Origin: the human T2T-CHM13v2.0 reference genome, Homo sapiens
Assembly: GCF_009914755.1 (NCBI RefSeq)
Contig: NC_060940.1
Reading direction: 5' to 3' (one strand)
Length of the DNA stretch: 64,000 nucleotides
Part shown: positions 39,701 through 54,300 of the stretch, in pieces
How the letters are laid out: each line of letters starts with the position of its first letter
Numbering within the stretch: the stretch's first letter is position 1
The notes under the pieces: model-generated
Told to the model about the DNA's origin: nothing
Database searches by the model: none
What the model saw: only the letters and a program-made list of their open reading frames with translations
Position numbers and translations under genes: made by a program

Positions 39701-39999
39701 TTTTCTTTTGTTTTTTTAAGACGGAGTCTCGCTCTGTCACCCATACGGCAGTGCAGGGGCGTGATCTTGGCTCACTACAACCTCCGTCTCCTGGGTTCAA
39801 GAGATTCTTCTGTCTCAGCCTCCTGAGTAGCTGGAATTACAGGCACCTGCCACAACACCCAGCTAATTTTTGCATTTGTAGTAGAAATAGGATTTCGCCA
39901 CGTTGGCCAGGCTGGTATCGAATTCTTGACCTTAGGAGATCTGCCTGCCTTGGCCTCCCAAAGTGCTGGGATTACAGGTGTAAACCACCATGCCCAGCC
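39701..39999 (-). mobile_element. AluS sitting in the tail of the adjacent Alu
   Basis: Both Alus lie within one TSD GAATGTATTTTCTT (39687-39700 / 40315-40328). Confidence 0.92.
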
Positions 40000-40314
40000 C
40001 TTTATTTTTATTTTATTTTGTTTATTTTTTTGAGATGGAGTTTTGCTCTTGTTGCCCAGGCTGGAGTGCAGTGGTGCAGTCTCAGCTCTCTGCCACCTCC
40101 GCCTTCTGGGTTGAAGTGATTCTCATGCCTCAGCCTCCCAAGTAACTAGGATTACAGGCACACACCACCAAGCCTGGCTAATTTTTGTATTTTTAATGGA
40201 GACAAGGTTTTACCATGTTGGCCAGGCTGGTCTTGAATTCCTGACCTCAGGTGATCTGCCCATCTAAGCCTCCCAAAGTGCTGGGATTACAGGTGTGAGC
40301 CACCATGCCTGGCT
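40000..40314 (-). mobile_element. AluSq-like
   Basis: TTGCTCTTGTTGCCCAGG. Confidence 0.92.
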
Positions 40315-40588
40315 GAATGTATTTTCTTAATGTGTGTGAAGACATCAGTATCTAAGAAAAGATTGTGCATTCTGATATACACAACAGGGAAAGTCTAAAA
40401 TAATACAGAACTATTATTCCTGGTTAGTTCCTAACATTGTTTCATAAGAAAATATTCCACTTTTTTTTTCCAGTTTATCTTTGAATTTTACTAACGGGAA
40501 GTAATAATAGATCAATGAAGAAAAATGTCACAGGGACCGTAAGAGGAAGACCTTAGAAAAATAAGCAGGATAAAAGCATCCTCTATGC

Positions 40589-40805
40589 CAGGAGTTCTCA
40601 ACTGAGACTGTTTTGTTCCCCCAGGGGACAGCTGGCAATATCTGGAGGCATTCTGGTTTGTCAGAATGGGGTGGGGAAATTGATGTTGACATCTAGTTGG
40701 TAGAGGCCAAGGGTTCTGCTAAACATACCACAGTATATAGAACAGCTCTTACACAAAGACTTCCCCAAGCCAAAATAGCAACAGTGTCTTGGTTAAGAAA
40801 CGTTG
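40589..40805 (+). mobile_element. MER20 (hAT-Charlie), near full length
   Basis: CAGGAGTTCTCAAC...CCCCAGGGGACA..TGGCAATATCTGGAG; 8-bp flanks CTCTATGC/CTCTATCA. Confidence 0.85.
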
Positions 40806-43239
40806 CTCTATCATGGTTAAAATATGGTTCTCTACTCTTTGCATTCTGGTAATTTTAGGAGGATGACGTCCTCTGTTGAGATGGTAAGGGGTCGAGAGAG
40901 TCATCCAGATAAAATCGGTGTTGACTTTACAATATCTGAATCACTCATAAAATTATTCAAGATAGTAACTCTCCCACCTCCTGGTCAGGTTGACATTTCA
41001 GCAACCAGGTAGAATTGGTCATATAGCCTGTTGTGAATCCATGGATATTTTATTTAATTGCGATATGTAAAGTTCTCCAAATGTGGATGCCATAGAACCT
41101 TCGGATTTACCATCTCAGCCTTTTCCCAATTGATCTCACTCTTTTTGCTCTAATCAAATGTACCTCAACCTCCATCTAAAGTAAAGCTGGATAGATTCAT
41201 ACTACTCCATTATCACTAAGGTTCATTTTATTTGCAAGCGGTTTTGCTCATTATAATTTCATTAGCATATTTGGAGGTGGGGAATGAGAGAGGAGACAAC
41301 ACAGCTTAGTCTTACCTTAAACCTTGGCTTGACTTGGTCGAATTTTAACTCTATTCTTGGCTCACCCAGGTCTTATAGTCCAAGATGTAAATTTACAGAA
41401 ACAACTTCTTGGACTCTCCTGTTTTTTCCAATGTCTTATTAGATGATACGTATTTTCTAGATTTTACTGAGTTAACATATTTTAGTTGTGTTACCTATGC
41501 AAAAAACAGGAATACTCTGAAACATATTTAACCACATAATTATACCTCAGCAAACCCTCCAACCACATGCCCATTATATATCATTTACTTAGCCTAATAT
41601 ATTTCCCTTTTTGAATATAAGAGATTTCACCTGTGAACATTACATCTAAAGATGGGCAACTGTTTAATTATTTGAGTAACTCAAAAATATTTTCAACAAG
41701 AGCCAGGGCTGTGGGAAGTGTCCTCAAATGGAAGGGTTTTAAGCATTTTTTTTAATACAAAGATGATAACTTGCAACCAGTTCTATTATTTTTAACTCTT
41801 TGCCCCTTCCTCCATCTCTTGGGTTTGAGAAGAGCTGGATCTTTGGGCAATTATTTATTCCATTTCCACATCTTTGGGAAGGAGGGACAGTGGGAAGAAC
41901 AAGACCCAGCACTTGGGGAATTTTTATGATTATCTCCAGCTGTGAATGCTAGGGAGCATCATTTATGCAGTGAAAGAAGTAGGAAAAGCAATGTCTTACT
42001 TCTGACGAAGAACTTACAGTTCTCTCTAAAGGGGTGGAATAAAATTGCTATTGCAAAAACGGGAAGATGTTGCTAATGGGAATATACCGAATGGTATCAC
42101 TAATTAAATAAAGTACTTTGGAATTCATTGACAGCCTGCACTTAAGAATATAATTGCATATTAATCAACCATTTGTAGACAAAACTGAATGCTATTTATT
42201 ATGTTAGGATAAAACTTTTTCCTGATATTTCAAAGCCTGGGATTCAACTTTGTTCCTAAATTCATCTTCAGAAATGAATACACTGTATTTGTATGTGAGG
42301 AGCCCAAGTGAATAAATAAGCAGGAGTTTCTGAAGGGAACAACACAGTGGGATTTATCTTGAAAAGAGCAATTGCTGACATATGTCACATGTCATTACCA
42401 GAGAGTTGGAGACAGTGTTACTCATTATGTGGTTACAGAGTGTTCTAAATTAGAGAAATGGATTATTGGTAGTGGATGATTTCCCCAGATTGCTACTTAA
42501 TAGTGACTGAGGGGTCTGCATTACTCATATTTGCGATGAAAATGGTGCCAAAACCCAGCAGTGGTTGACTAAAATGAAATGTAACACCTATTGGGTATTA
42601 TCTTGAGATGCTGCCTAATTGTATGCCTCTTGCTTAGTATGAATGTCTTGGGGTCTCAGGGGCTGGGTGCTTGCAGCAGCCGTAGACGGAAAGTGAAGGT
42701 TTCTAAGTTATTTACCTTTTTGTTGCTTCCTGCCTCCTTGCTGCCATGCCTGTGCACTTCAGTAATTACTTTACCCACTCAAAATAAGTTTCTCCACTTG
42801 CCCTTTTTCCATTACTGGGAAGGGTCTATCTTTGCAGCTCTCTGTAACTGTACCTACCTGTTTGAGCTGCCAGGCTTGTGCTCCGTGGTGAGCAGCCCAG
42901 CTACTGTTTTCATTCATTTATTGATTAAATAGTTAAGAATCCCAACTACGTATCAAAGCCTGTGCTAGACCTTGGTTCTGGATTGACAGGCGAACTAGTG
43001 TATCTGCATTTCTGCAGCTTTCAATCTCTGGGGAGACAGATATTAAAAATACAGTCACACAAATTGATATGTAACTCCTGCTCCTCATTTACCACTAATG
43101 TTCTAACTCAGCACTAGTCCTACAGGCCTCTTTTCTCTTATTCAAACATTTCAGGCTCTTTTCCACCTCATGGTCTTTGAACTCACTCCTCTTTCTGGAA
43201 GGCTTTTTCTGTGGCACTTTCCTTTTTTTTCAAGTCTTG

Positions 43240-43563
43240 TATTTTATTTTATTTTATTTTATTTTTATTTATTTATTTACTGAGACGGGGTCTTTTTCTG
43301 TCACCCAGGGTGGAGTGCAGTGGTAAAATCTCGGCTCATTACAACCTCCGCCTCCCAGATTGAAGAGATTCTCCTGCCTCAGCCTCCTGAGTACCTGCGA
43401 CTATAGGCTCCCAACACCATGCCTGGCTAATTTTTTGTATTTTTAGTAGAGACAGGGTTTCACATGTTGGTTCCGCTGTTCTCAAACTCCTGACCTCAGG
43501 TGATCAACCTGCCTCGGCTTCCCAAAGTGTTGGGGTTACAGGTGTGAACCACTGCTCCCAGCC
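43240..43563 (-). mobile_element. AluS
   Basis: Antisense dimer with (TTTTA)n tail. Confidence 0.93.
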
Positions 43564-44154
43564 TCAAGCTTTATTTTAGCTCCCACCTTCTCAGGGAGAC
43601 CCTCCTTGACTTCCCAGACTGGAATGCCAGCCTGGCCAGCTACTCTCTGACAGTCTGACCGATCATTTCCTCCACTGCACTTATACACCTGTTAGTATGT
43701 TGTTAAAGTTACATGTCACAGGGCAGAGATTTTGTCTTCCTCATGTCTTCCCATTGGCACCTAGAATTGACTGGATGCCAAATAGACATTTGTTGTGACC
43801 AGAGAAAGACTCTAGATGCTATGGAATATTAAAACAAAAAGAATTAATTTGGATGGGAAGGTTCATTGAAGGTCTCTGTGAAGGACTAGCATTGAGGTTG
43901 ATGGGTAGGTAGGAATTAGATAGGAAGAGAGATGGAAAGGAGTGGTGCAGACTGAGGAGACAGCGTGGGCACAGCTTGAGGAGGAGAGGAACCTGGCAAG
44001 GTTGATCAATCCACAGATGAGTGTGTCCAGAGTGATGTGACAAGGGGCTAGAGACATCAGCCTTGGAGGCACAGTAGGGTTTGGACTGGGTTGTGAGTAC
44101 ACTGGGAAGCCATTGGAGGAATTTAAAGGTTGGGGGTACCTGATCCAATAAATA

Positions 44155-44474
44155 TTTTTTTTTTCTATTTTTATTTTTTTGAGGCGGAGTCTCCCTCTTT
44201 CGCCCGGGCTGGGGTGCAGTGGTGTGATCTCATCCCACTCGGCTCACCACAACCTCCGCCTCCCCAGTTCAAGTGATTGTCCTGCCTCAGCCTCCCAGGT
44301 AGCTGGGATTACAGGTGCCCGCTAGCACGCCCCATTAGTTTTTATATTTTTTAGTAGAGATGGGGGTTTCACCACGTTGGCCAGGCTGGTCTCAAACTCC
44401 CAACCTTAAGTGATCCACCCACCTCGGCCTCCCAAATTTGCTGGGATTGCAGGCATGAGGCACCACGCCTGGCC
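44155..44474 (-). mobile_element. AluS
   Basis: TSD CTGATCCAA(T/A)AAATATTTT. Confidence 0.93.
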
Positions 44475-44985
44475 CTGATCCAAAAAATATTTTAATAAGA
44501 TCTCTTGGGCTATTGGGAGAACACTTGTTTGGGAGGGGAAGCGTCAATGGATGCCTATAGCCTTGCCTGGTACAGAGAAAGTACTCAGTAACTGTTTATT
44601 GATGAATGAATGAATGAATGAATGAATGAATCAGTTAATTAATTAACAGGAGATATCAGTAAGTGATTTGTTCTTAAAAAGAAACCTTGCAGAAACTTGA
44701 AGGTGTTTGTTTGGGATGACTAAGCAAGGGTAGACAGATTGTTGTTACTCATAAATGTCAAAATAAGAATTATAAAATTTAGAATAATATTGTTGTCATG
44801 CTAAGTGATATCTGGAGTTAAGCGTCCTCTCTGACCTGCGACTGCTAGTGAGACAGTTGCATTTACTCAGGTAACTGTGGCTCTCAGAGTCATTCTTAAA
44901 TGTTTTCTTTTTCTCCCCAATGTGTTTGTGACTTTGTCCATCTGGAAGTCAAGTTCATTTTGGCCAATTAACTTCAAAGGCCTGA

Positions 44986-45301
<316 letters not shown>

Positions 45302-45489
45302 GGCCTGACTTGTCTTGTGAAGATGGCTCCGTTAGTGAGCGCTGTGGACTAAGATCCACAAACACAGCTGCTATGCGGGTTCCCTTTCTGCATCTTTGTG
45401 AGTTTCAGTGTCCTAAGCTAGCCCTCATATAGGCATAGACTCCTTGATATTTTACTCTGCATAATCAGGACAGGAAAAGATATAGGACC

Positions 45490-46175
45490 TGTATTAAAGG
45501 GACACAAGATTCAGAATCACATTAACTTCCAAATCTCAGTGCCTTAACACAATTTAAGTTTCTATCTTCTTGGCCGGGTGTGGTGGTCACGCCTGCAATC
45601 CCAGCACTTTGGGAGTCCAAGGTGGGAAGATCACTTGAGGCCAGGAGTTCGAGACCAGCCTGGTCAACATGGTAAAACCCCATCTCTACCAAAAATAAAA
45701 AAAAGTAGCTGGGCATGGTGGTGCACGACTGTAGTCCCAGCTACTGGGAGAGGCTGAGGCATGAGAATAGCTTGAACCTCAGAGGTAGAGGTTGCAGTGA
45801 ACCAAGATTGAGTCATTGCACTCCAGCCTGGGTGATAGAGTAAGACTCTGCTTAAAAAAAAAAAAAAAAAAAAAAAAAGTTTGTATCATGTGTAGCTCTA
45901 AATCGGTGTCCTGATGGATGGACAGTTCTACTCCATAATGTGATACAGGGACCCAGGCTCCTTCCCTAGGTGGCTCCACCTTTATGGTTGCCAAAGAAAG
46001 AGAGGATCATATGTGCTGAGCCTAAAATGATAAAGAGCAGCACCTCCATTCCCATTCCATCTGCCAAAAGTGTCATCTGGTCACATCTAACTGCAGAAGA
46101 AGCTCAGAAATACAGTCTCTGTCCTTGGAGGAGAAAAGAAACCTACTGTTCAATAGCTAGCTCAGCTCTGCTACA
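45490..46175 (-). mobile_element. Old ERVL/MaLR-class LTR (LTR16/LTR33/MLT1-like) split by an Alu
   Basis: CCAAATCTCAGTGCCTTAACACAA, CAGGGACCCAGGCTCCTTCC, CTAACTGCAG. Confidence 0.6.
45572..45878 (+). mobile_element. Alu (Sz/Jb-like)
   Basis: TSD AAGTTT(C/G)TATC. Confidence 0.93.
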
Positions 46176-47274
46176 AAACGCCTGCTATAGAAATGGGAGA
46201 CAATCATGCATTCCTTTTCTACAATTTATGGTATTTCATGGGTGAACCATTAATACGTCACCGGGTAACGCATTATTGAATATGTTAGTCATTTTCTTTT
46301 CTCATCGTTTCTTGAAAAAGAAGTTGTCTAACAGTCCTAACTTCCCATCTGGCTTCTTAAAATCTGTTTTACAAGCAATGAGATAGTTAAGGATTTTCAG
46401 CTCTGTGGTTGAATTACTCCAAAGAAAGAAAACTGCTTTTGAAGTTAGAAACTGAAACACAGAGCAACAGAAGCAACCAGAAACCCCATAGGGTTTTAAC
46501 CTTGTTTTGTCATATTTCTCAACAAACTCCTTATTTATTTGGGGATTCTGCTTAGCTCTGTGCAGAGGTATCTTGCTTTCTGTATCACTTCAAACCTTCC
46601 TTCTACGTGAGTTAGCCTTAGGGTATGACCACGAATGACACCTTCAAATGGGAACCTTTTGTGCCTAGAGAAATCAAATCATCTTTCAAGACTTGGCTCA
46701 AGGGGTGTATCTTCCGTGAAAGTCTTACGGACTTTCACCCCGCTTCGGGGGTGACAGTTCCTTTCTTATGCCCCTAATTTATCCTGTGTGGACTATGATA
46801 GCTCCCTTGCTACAATAACATAGTTCTTTGCATTTATTTTCTTAAAGTATAACACCAGTTCATTACAGAAATTTCTAATTTCTGTAATTAGAAAGTACAG
46901 ATGTTTTTTAAAAAATCAAGTAAATATTATGTGTGAGTCCATGATGCAGAATACTTACTGCTGAACCACAGGGCCTGTATGGTTAATCATTGAATCAGCG
47001 TTGCCAAGCAAAGAGTGTGACACACATTACTTCCATATCAGTAGAAGGGTGGAAGGATGGCTGGATGGGTGGATGGATGAATGACTCACATAGCTTCTCA
47101 CGGATGAACACACCTATTTACTCGGCTTTTACAGTAAGCCCAGGACAGGGTAAGGATGAGTTGGAAATGATATATATTGGTTAACAATAGCCAGAGCAGT
47201 ACTGAGAGTTCCCTTGTTTGCAAACAGTACAGTTTTAAGTTATTCAGGAAAGCTGGTTTTCTGAGTTTAAATAA

Positions 47275-47612
47275 CTAAAATCAGGTTAGGTTGTACTAGG
47301 TAACATACAAACTGTGGATCTCCGTGTTTTAACACTTGCATATTGCTCTCTCATCTGAGCGTGCTGCTAGTCTGTTCCACGAGGTGGCTCAAGACCCAGG
47401 CTGCTTCCATTTTGTAGATGTGCCACCTGGCTGACTCTGATAAGGAAGTGGAGTCAGAGTTCTTGGGTTCTCCGCAATGGTAGTGACTTCCAATCACGGT
47501 CCACCAGCTAGAGCTGATCACCCAGCCTCACCCAACAGCAAGAGTATTTTGAGCCACTCGGAAGGTGATGAGAACTAGACATGGATGAACATAACCATGT
47601 CCTATGCAGTAC
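47275..47612 (-). mobile_element. Old ERVL-class LTR (LTR16-like)
   Basis: TCAGGTTAGGTTGTACTAGGTAACA, GACCCAGGCTGCTTCCAT. Confidence 0.5.
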
Positions 47613-47639
47613 CGGGTAATTGGGAAGACTATAATAAAA

Positions 47640-47830
47640 ATGGTTTAGCATGTGAGTACTGGGCTCAGACTGGTTTTGAGCCTCTACTGGGAACAATTTG
47701 TGCAATCTTGGGCAAGTCGCTCAATCTCTCTAAGCCTCACTCCCTCATTGAAAATTGAGGATAATAATAGTTTTAATTAAATAATGTGCTAATCACTGTG
47801 GGCATTGTGCAAGTTCAGATAAACATTAGT
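47640..47830 (+). mobile_element. MIR
   Basis: CTTGGGCAAGTCGCTCAATCTCTCTAAGCCTCA core. Confidence 0.75.
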
Positions 47831-47907
47831 TATCTTTAAATGTCCATGAATACTTAAAATAATTGTCATTATTACAATCTTGTTATCATTGGTAGAAGTG
47901 GTAGTAA

Positions 47908-48823
47908 TGAGGTAGCACTTGGGACTCCACTTCAGACCACATTGAAGACTGGCGGAAACTGAGAAGAGGCACTGAAAGCATGCCCAACAGCAACAATGAG
48001 AGTTTACTGTCACCATGGCAACAGCAGGAAGTTACCACCTCTTTCCATGGCAACACCTGGAAGTTACCACCCCTTTCCATGGCAATACTGGGAAGTTACC
48101 ACCCCCTTTTTTTTTTTCCATTTTACTTTAAGTTCCGGGATGCATGTGCAGAACATGCAGGTTTGTTACAAAGGTATACATGTGTTGTGGTGGTTTGCTG
48201 CACCTATCAACCTGTTGTCTAGGTTTAAAGCCCCACATGCATTAAGTATTTGTCCTAATGCTCTACCTCCCCTTGCCCCCTAGCCCCCGACAGGCTCCAG
48301 TGTGTATTGTTCCCTTCCCTGTGTCCATGTGTTATCATTGTTCATCTGCCACTTAAGAGTGAGAAGATGTGGTGTTTGGTTTTCTGTTCCTGTGATGGTT
48401 TGCTGAGAATGATGGCTTCCAGCTTCACCCATGTCCCTGCAAAGACCATTAACTCATTCTTTTTTATGGCTGCATAATATTCCCTGGTGCATATGTGCCA
48501 CATTTTCTTTATCCAGTCTATTATTGATGGGCATTTGGGTTGACTAGCCCTTTTCTAGAAATGTCTGAATAACCTGCCCCTTAATTTGCATGCAATTAAA
48601 AGTGGGTATAAATGCAACTGCAAAACTGCTTCTGAGCTGCTACTCTGCACACACTGCCTATGAGGTAGTCCTCTTCTGCTGCCCCTCTGCTGCTGCTGTG
48701 CACTGCCACTTAAGTAAAAGTTGCTGTCTAACACCACTGGTTTGTCCTAGAATTCTTTATTGGGCAAAGCCGATAACCTTCCCATGCTAATCCCCAGTCT
48801 GGGGGCTTGCCCGTCCTGCATCG
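47908..48823 (+). mobile_element. ERV1-class solo LTR (LTR26/MER41-group-like) split by an L1
   Basis: TGAGGTAG start, GTCCTGCATCG end, perfect TSD GTAA. Confidence 0.75.
48107..48544 (-). mobile_element. L1PA7/8-like 3' end
   Basis: CATGTGCAGAACATGCAGGTTTGTTAC, TTTTTATGGCTGCATAATATTCC; CCCTTTT flanks. Confidence 0.9.
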
Positions 48824-49080
48824 GTAATACATTTGCTTAGCATCCTCCAGGGGTCTCAATTAGTGTCATACAAATGTACATGCCTCAAAAGGATATATCA
48901 GAATACTCCATTCTCAGCTTTCTCAGGTGCTTCCCCGTCATACTCTGAAGGAAAATCACACTGAGAATCTCACCCACAGAAAAAGGATTCTTCATTATTA
49001 AATACCATTCAAGACTGTGCACTGGTTTTTGATTTTTTTTTTTAAGAAAAAATAAGGGGAGGAGTGTATCCATCATTTTC

Positions 49081-49380
49081 TTTTTTTTCTTTATTTTTGT
49101 GACCGAGTCTTGCTCTGTCGACGAGGCTGGAGTGCAGTGCTGTGATCTTGGCTCCCTGTAACCTCTGCCTCCTGGGTTCAAGTGATTCTCCCGCCTCAGC
49201 CTCCCAAGTAGGTGAGATTACAGGCACACACCACCACACCCAGCTAATTTTTGTATTTCTTGTAGAGACAGGGTTTCACCATGTTGGCCAGGCTTTTCTC
49301 GAATTCCTGACCTCAAGTGATCCACCTGCCTCAGCCCCCCAAAGTGCTGGGATTACAGGCAAGAGCCACTGTGCCCGGCA
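49081..49380 (-). mobile_element. AluS
   Basis: TSD CATCATTTTC. Confidence 0.95.
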
Positions 49381-50549
49381 CATCATTTTCAACATAGCTG
49401 CCTCAGTCTGAAAACGATAACTCCTCACTCTACTATTAACCCCACTGACTCCATCTGGGCAGAAAGGCTGAGGTTAGGTTGTCAGCTGCGTCACTGCTGT
49501 GGAAACATCGACAGACTCAATAAACACCCTGAAATTTAACATGCCTCTGCTATCTGCTGAACAGCTCTGGGCACAAATAGGTTTCTTTTATTATGGACAG
49601 AAAGGCCAAGTGAAATTTTAATCAGACAGACAAGGAGGGTATCTGAGAAAACTGAAATGCCAGCCCTGCTGGTATTTCCACAATATTGAACTTGTCTTTC
49701 GGGGACCTTGGTAGGTATTTCAATTAGCTGTGAGACACACAGCCTGTGTTTTTGCAAACTCTCCTATTTGTAATTAAGGTGCTGTTCACTGGGATATTAG
49801 AAGGCACACGATTCTTCTTGTAATATGCAAACTATAGAAGAGAAAATTAAGCAGTTGAAACATTTGGATGTAGAAAGTGGATTGTAGTCATAGCTAAAAT
49901 CATAGCACTTCGTGTACTCATAGCTATAATCATACCGCTGTTCTTACTTGATATTTGGGGTATCTTTTCCCCTCCCATCCCATTCTCTCGATTTCTTAAC
50001 TTTCAATTGCATTATTATGTATATTTGCTTTAACGTATGATGAGCCTGTTTTCCTGTTTTCTTTTTAAAATAACGAAATATTTGGTATAAACAAAATAAT
50101 ATCTGTAGCAACTATGGACTCTGGGAAGGATAATAAAACAAAAATCCGTGAGTTTACTACTCAACTTAAAAATTAAAACGCTGATCAGTACTACTGAATT
50201 GACTTGCTTGCTTCTTGGTGAGTTTATTTTTTCATGGAGATAATCAGGCACCGTTTTGCCAGTTAAGGTGCCTAAAAGCACCATAAATCACTGGAAATTC
50301 TAGACTAAAAAGAGGTCTTTCTTTCTTTAAAGCTTTGTCCATCTTTTAGTCACACGGAACACACTGAAAGACCTTCCGAAAAATGAAAAGGCAACTTTAG
50401 GGTGTAAGGGGCTGCAGGGCCGCCTCTAACATTCATTCGTTCATTCATTGGTCCCTGTATTTCAGGATTCCTGCGTTGGTTCCTCCATTCCTTCATTAAA
50501 TGTTGAGTATGATCACAGTCTTCTTTCAACTATAATTAGTAGAATTAAC

Positions 50550-51293
<744 letters not shown>

Positions 51294-51961
51294 ATGATTA
51301 TGAAAAGATTTAGTTATAAACATTATAATAATGGTCAGTTATCCTGCCCATTATACTCAGGTTCTTTTGAGAATTCCTTGCGAGGTTTGATAAGGACATT
51401 AGATTTTGTTTACATGTTTGTGGTTTTAGACAGCAAACATGCATTGAAGAATGTTAGACAGGAATAAACTTGAAATAGCCTCACTCACACTAAAGAGCCC
51501 AGAGTGTTAATTGACATCCTGTTTTCCATAATTTTTTTCTTTTGTTTGCTTGTCAATAAAACCCTCATGCAACCTGAGTGGAAGGGGAGAGTCATTAATG
51601 CCGTAGATCTGGATGATTTTCTGAACAACCTAACCTCACGCTAATGAGGCGAGTATTACCACAGGCCCTTTCTCCTACGAGCTGTCCACCCACAGTTGAA
51701 GAGCTAATTTTACTCTCAAAACTCTCACGAATGCTTTTGGTTCCTGCCGGCTCTTGAGTAGTAACAGAGTGCTTTAGCCCTCTGGGGAAAATGATGGAGG
51801 CAATGTCAGGGCACATGAACCCTCTAAGAAGTGGATGTGGTCCCACCTCTACTTAAACCTGGACCATGCAGCTTAAGGGTTCCATTCTCAAGCCAGTGAA
51901 CATCACTGTCTTCATGTGAATGTTCTTCAAGTAGAATTTTTTAGCATAAAAAATTGCAACA

Positions 51962-52760
<799 letters not shown>

Positions 52761-53215
52761 TTTTTTTTTTTTTTAATTTTACTTCAAGTTCTGGGATACA
52801 TGTGTAGAATGTGCAGGTTTGTTACATAGGTATACATGTGCCATGGTGGTTTGCTGCACCTGTCAACCCGTCATCTAGGTTTTAAGCCCGGCATGCATTA
52901 GGTATTTGTCCTAATGCTCTCCCTCCATGTTCCCCCAACCCCCTGACAGGCCCCGGTGTGTGATGTTCCCCTCCCTGTGTCCATGTGTTCTCATTGTTCA
53001 ACTCCGACTTATGAGTGAGAACATGCAGTGTTTGGTTTTCTGTTCCTGTGTTAGTTTGCTGAGAACGATGGTTTCCAGGTTCATCCATGTCCTTGCAAAG
53101 GATATGATCTCATTCTTTTTTATGGCTGCCTAGTATTCCATGGTGTGTATGTGCCACGTGTTCTTTATCCTTGATGGGCATTTGGGTTGGTTCCAAGATT
53201 TACTATTGTAAATAG
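52761..53215 (-). mobile_element. L1PA8-like 3' end
   Basis: AACCCGTCATCTAGGTTTTAAGCCC, ATGAGTGAGAACATGCAGTG. Confidence 0.9.
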
Positions 53216-53515
53216 GTTGTTTCTTATTGTTGTTGTTTTCAAAACATAACACATTTTAAGCATATGATTCTCTGAGCAAAGTTTTCTATTAGAGTGGATG
53301 TCTCTTGGGTTTAAAGAATGGGTGAAAATCTCTTTATTTCTGTGAACCTTTTGCAAAGTTGGACAGCAGTATCAAGTTAGCCAAGGAAGGATGTCACACA
53401 GAGTGGCCATGGTGGTCTTCTGGAGCAAATAGAGAAAACACATATTCCAGGGAGGAAAAAAAAAAATTCCTTACTTTTTGTATAGCCCAATCTTATTTTC
53501 AGTTAATAAAGCTTT

Positions 53516-53820
53516 GGCCAGACATGGTGGCTTACACCTGTAATCCCAGTACTTTGGGAGGCTGAGGCGGGCAGATCACGAGGTCAGGAGATCGAGACCA
53601 TCCTGGCTAACACTGTGAAACCCCGTCTGTACTAAAAATAAAAAAAAATTATCTAGGCATGGTGGCGGGCACCTGTAGTCCCAGCTACTCAGGACGTTGA
53701 GGCAGGAGAATGGCATGAACCCAGGAGGTGGAGCTTGCAGTGAGCCGACATCGCGCCACCGCACTCCAGCCTGGGTGACAGAGTGAGACTCCATCTCAAA
53801 ATAAATAAGTAAAATTATAA
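53516..53820 (+). mobile_element. AluY
   Basis: Y diagnostics; TSD TAA(T/A)AAAGCTTT. Confidence 0.94.
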
Positions 53821-54300
53821 AAAAGCTTTACAGGTAGTTCCTTTTCACATATAAATTAAGTTAGTAGATTTAGGAACGTATCCTTCACTATTCTGTTCCA
53901 TGCCAAAAGAAATAACAAAAACAAGATTTGACCCTTAGGTTGAAGTTCTCCTGAACTGACTGTTCCCTCAATATCTTCATATCCCCTGGATTGTCCTTCA
54001 GTATCTAAGAATATGGGGGGGAAATTACCAGAATTCTCCACTGTCTCATGGAAATCACAAGGCTTGCTTGGATCGTAATGTGTACAATTCACTATTAACA
54101 AAGGATATGGCATTTTCTGTCTGAACCTTTTCCCAACAATCCATTTTCTTTCTCTCTCTCTTTCTCTGTCTCTCTCTCCCCACCCCTAAATCCCTCTCTG
54201 TCTCTAAGCCACCATCACATCTTCCCTGCATGGCTTTTCTGTCTCTCCTCCATCATTACCCCTACAGGCCAGTCCCCTTATAGCTTCTGGAGGAATCTTC

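Larger units (their letters stand above)
42905..44630. mobile_element. Cluster of L2 fragments in both orientations, split by two Alus, ending in (ATGA)7
   Basis: CTGGGGAGACAGA, GGGCAGAGATTTTGTC, GGGAAGCCATTGGAGG, ATGAATGAATG tail 44602-44631. Confidence 0.7.

Noticed and set aside
46735-46753. TCACCCC-GCTTCG-GGGGTGA terminator-like hairpin
   Set aside because: 7-bp stem expected by chance, no U-tract, and not meaningful in eukaryotic DNA
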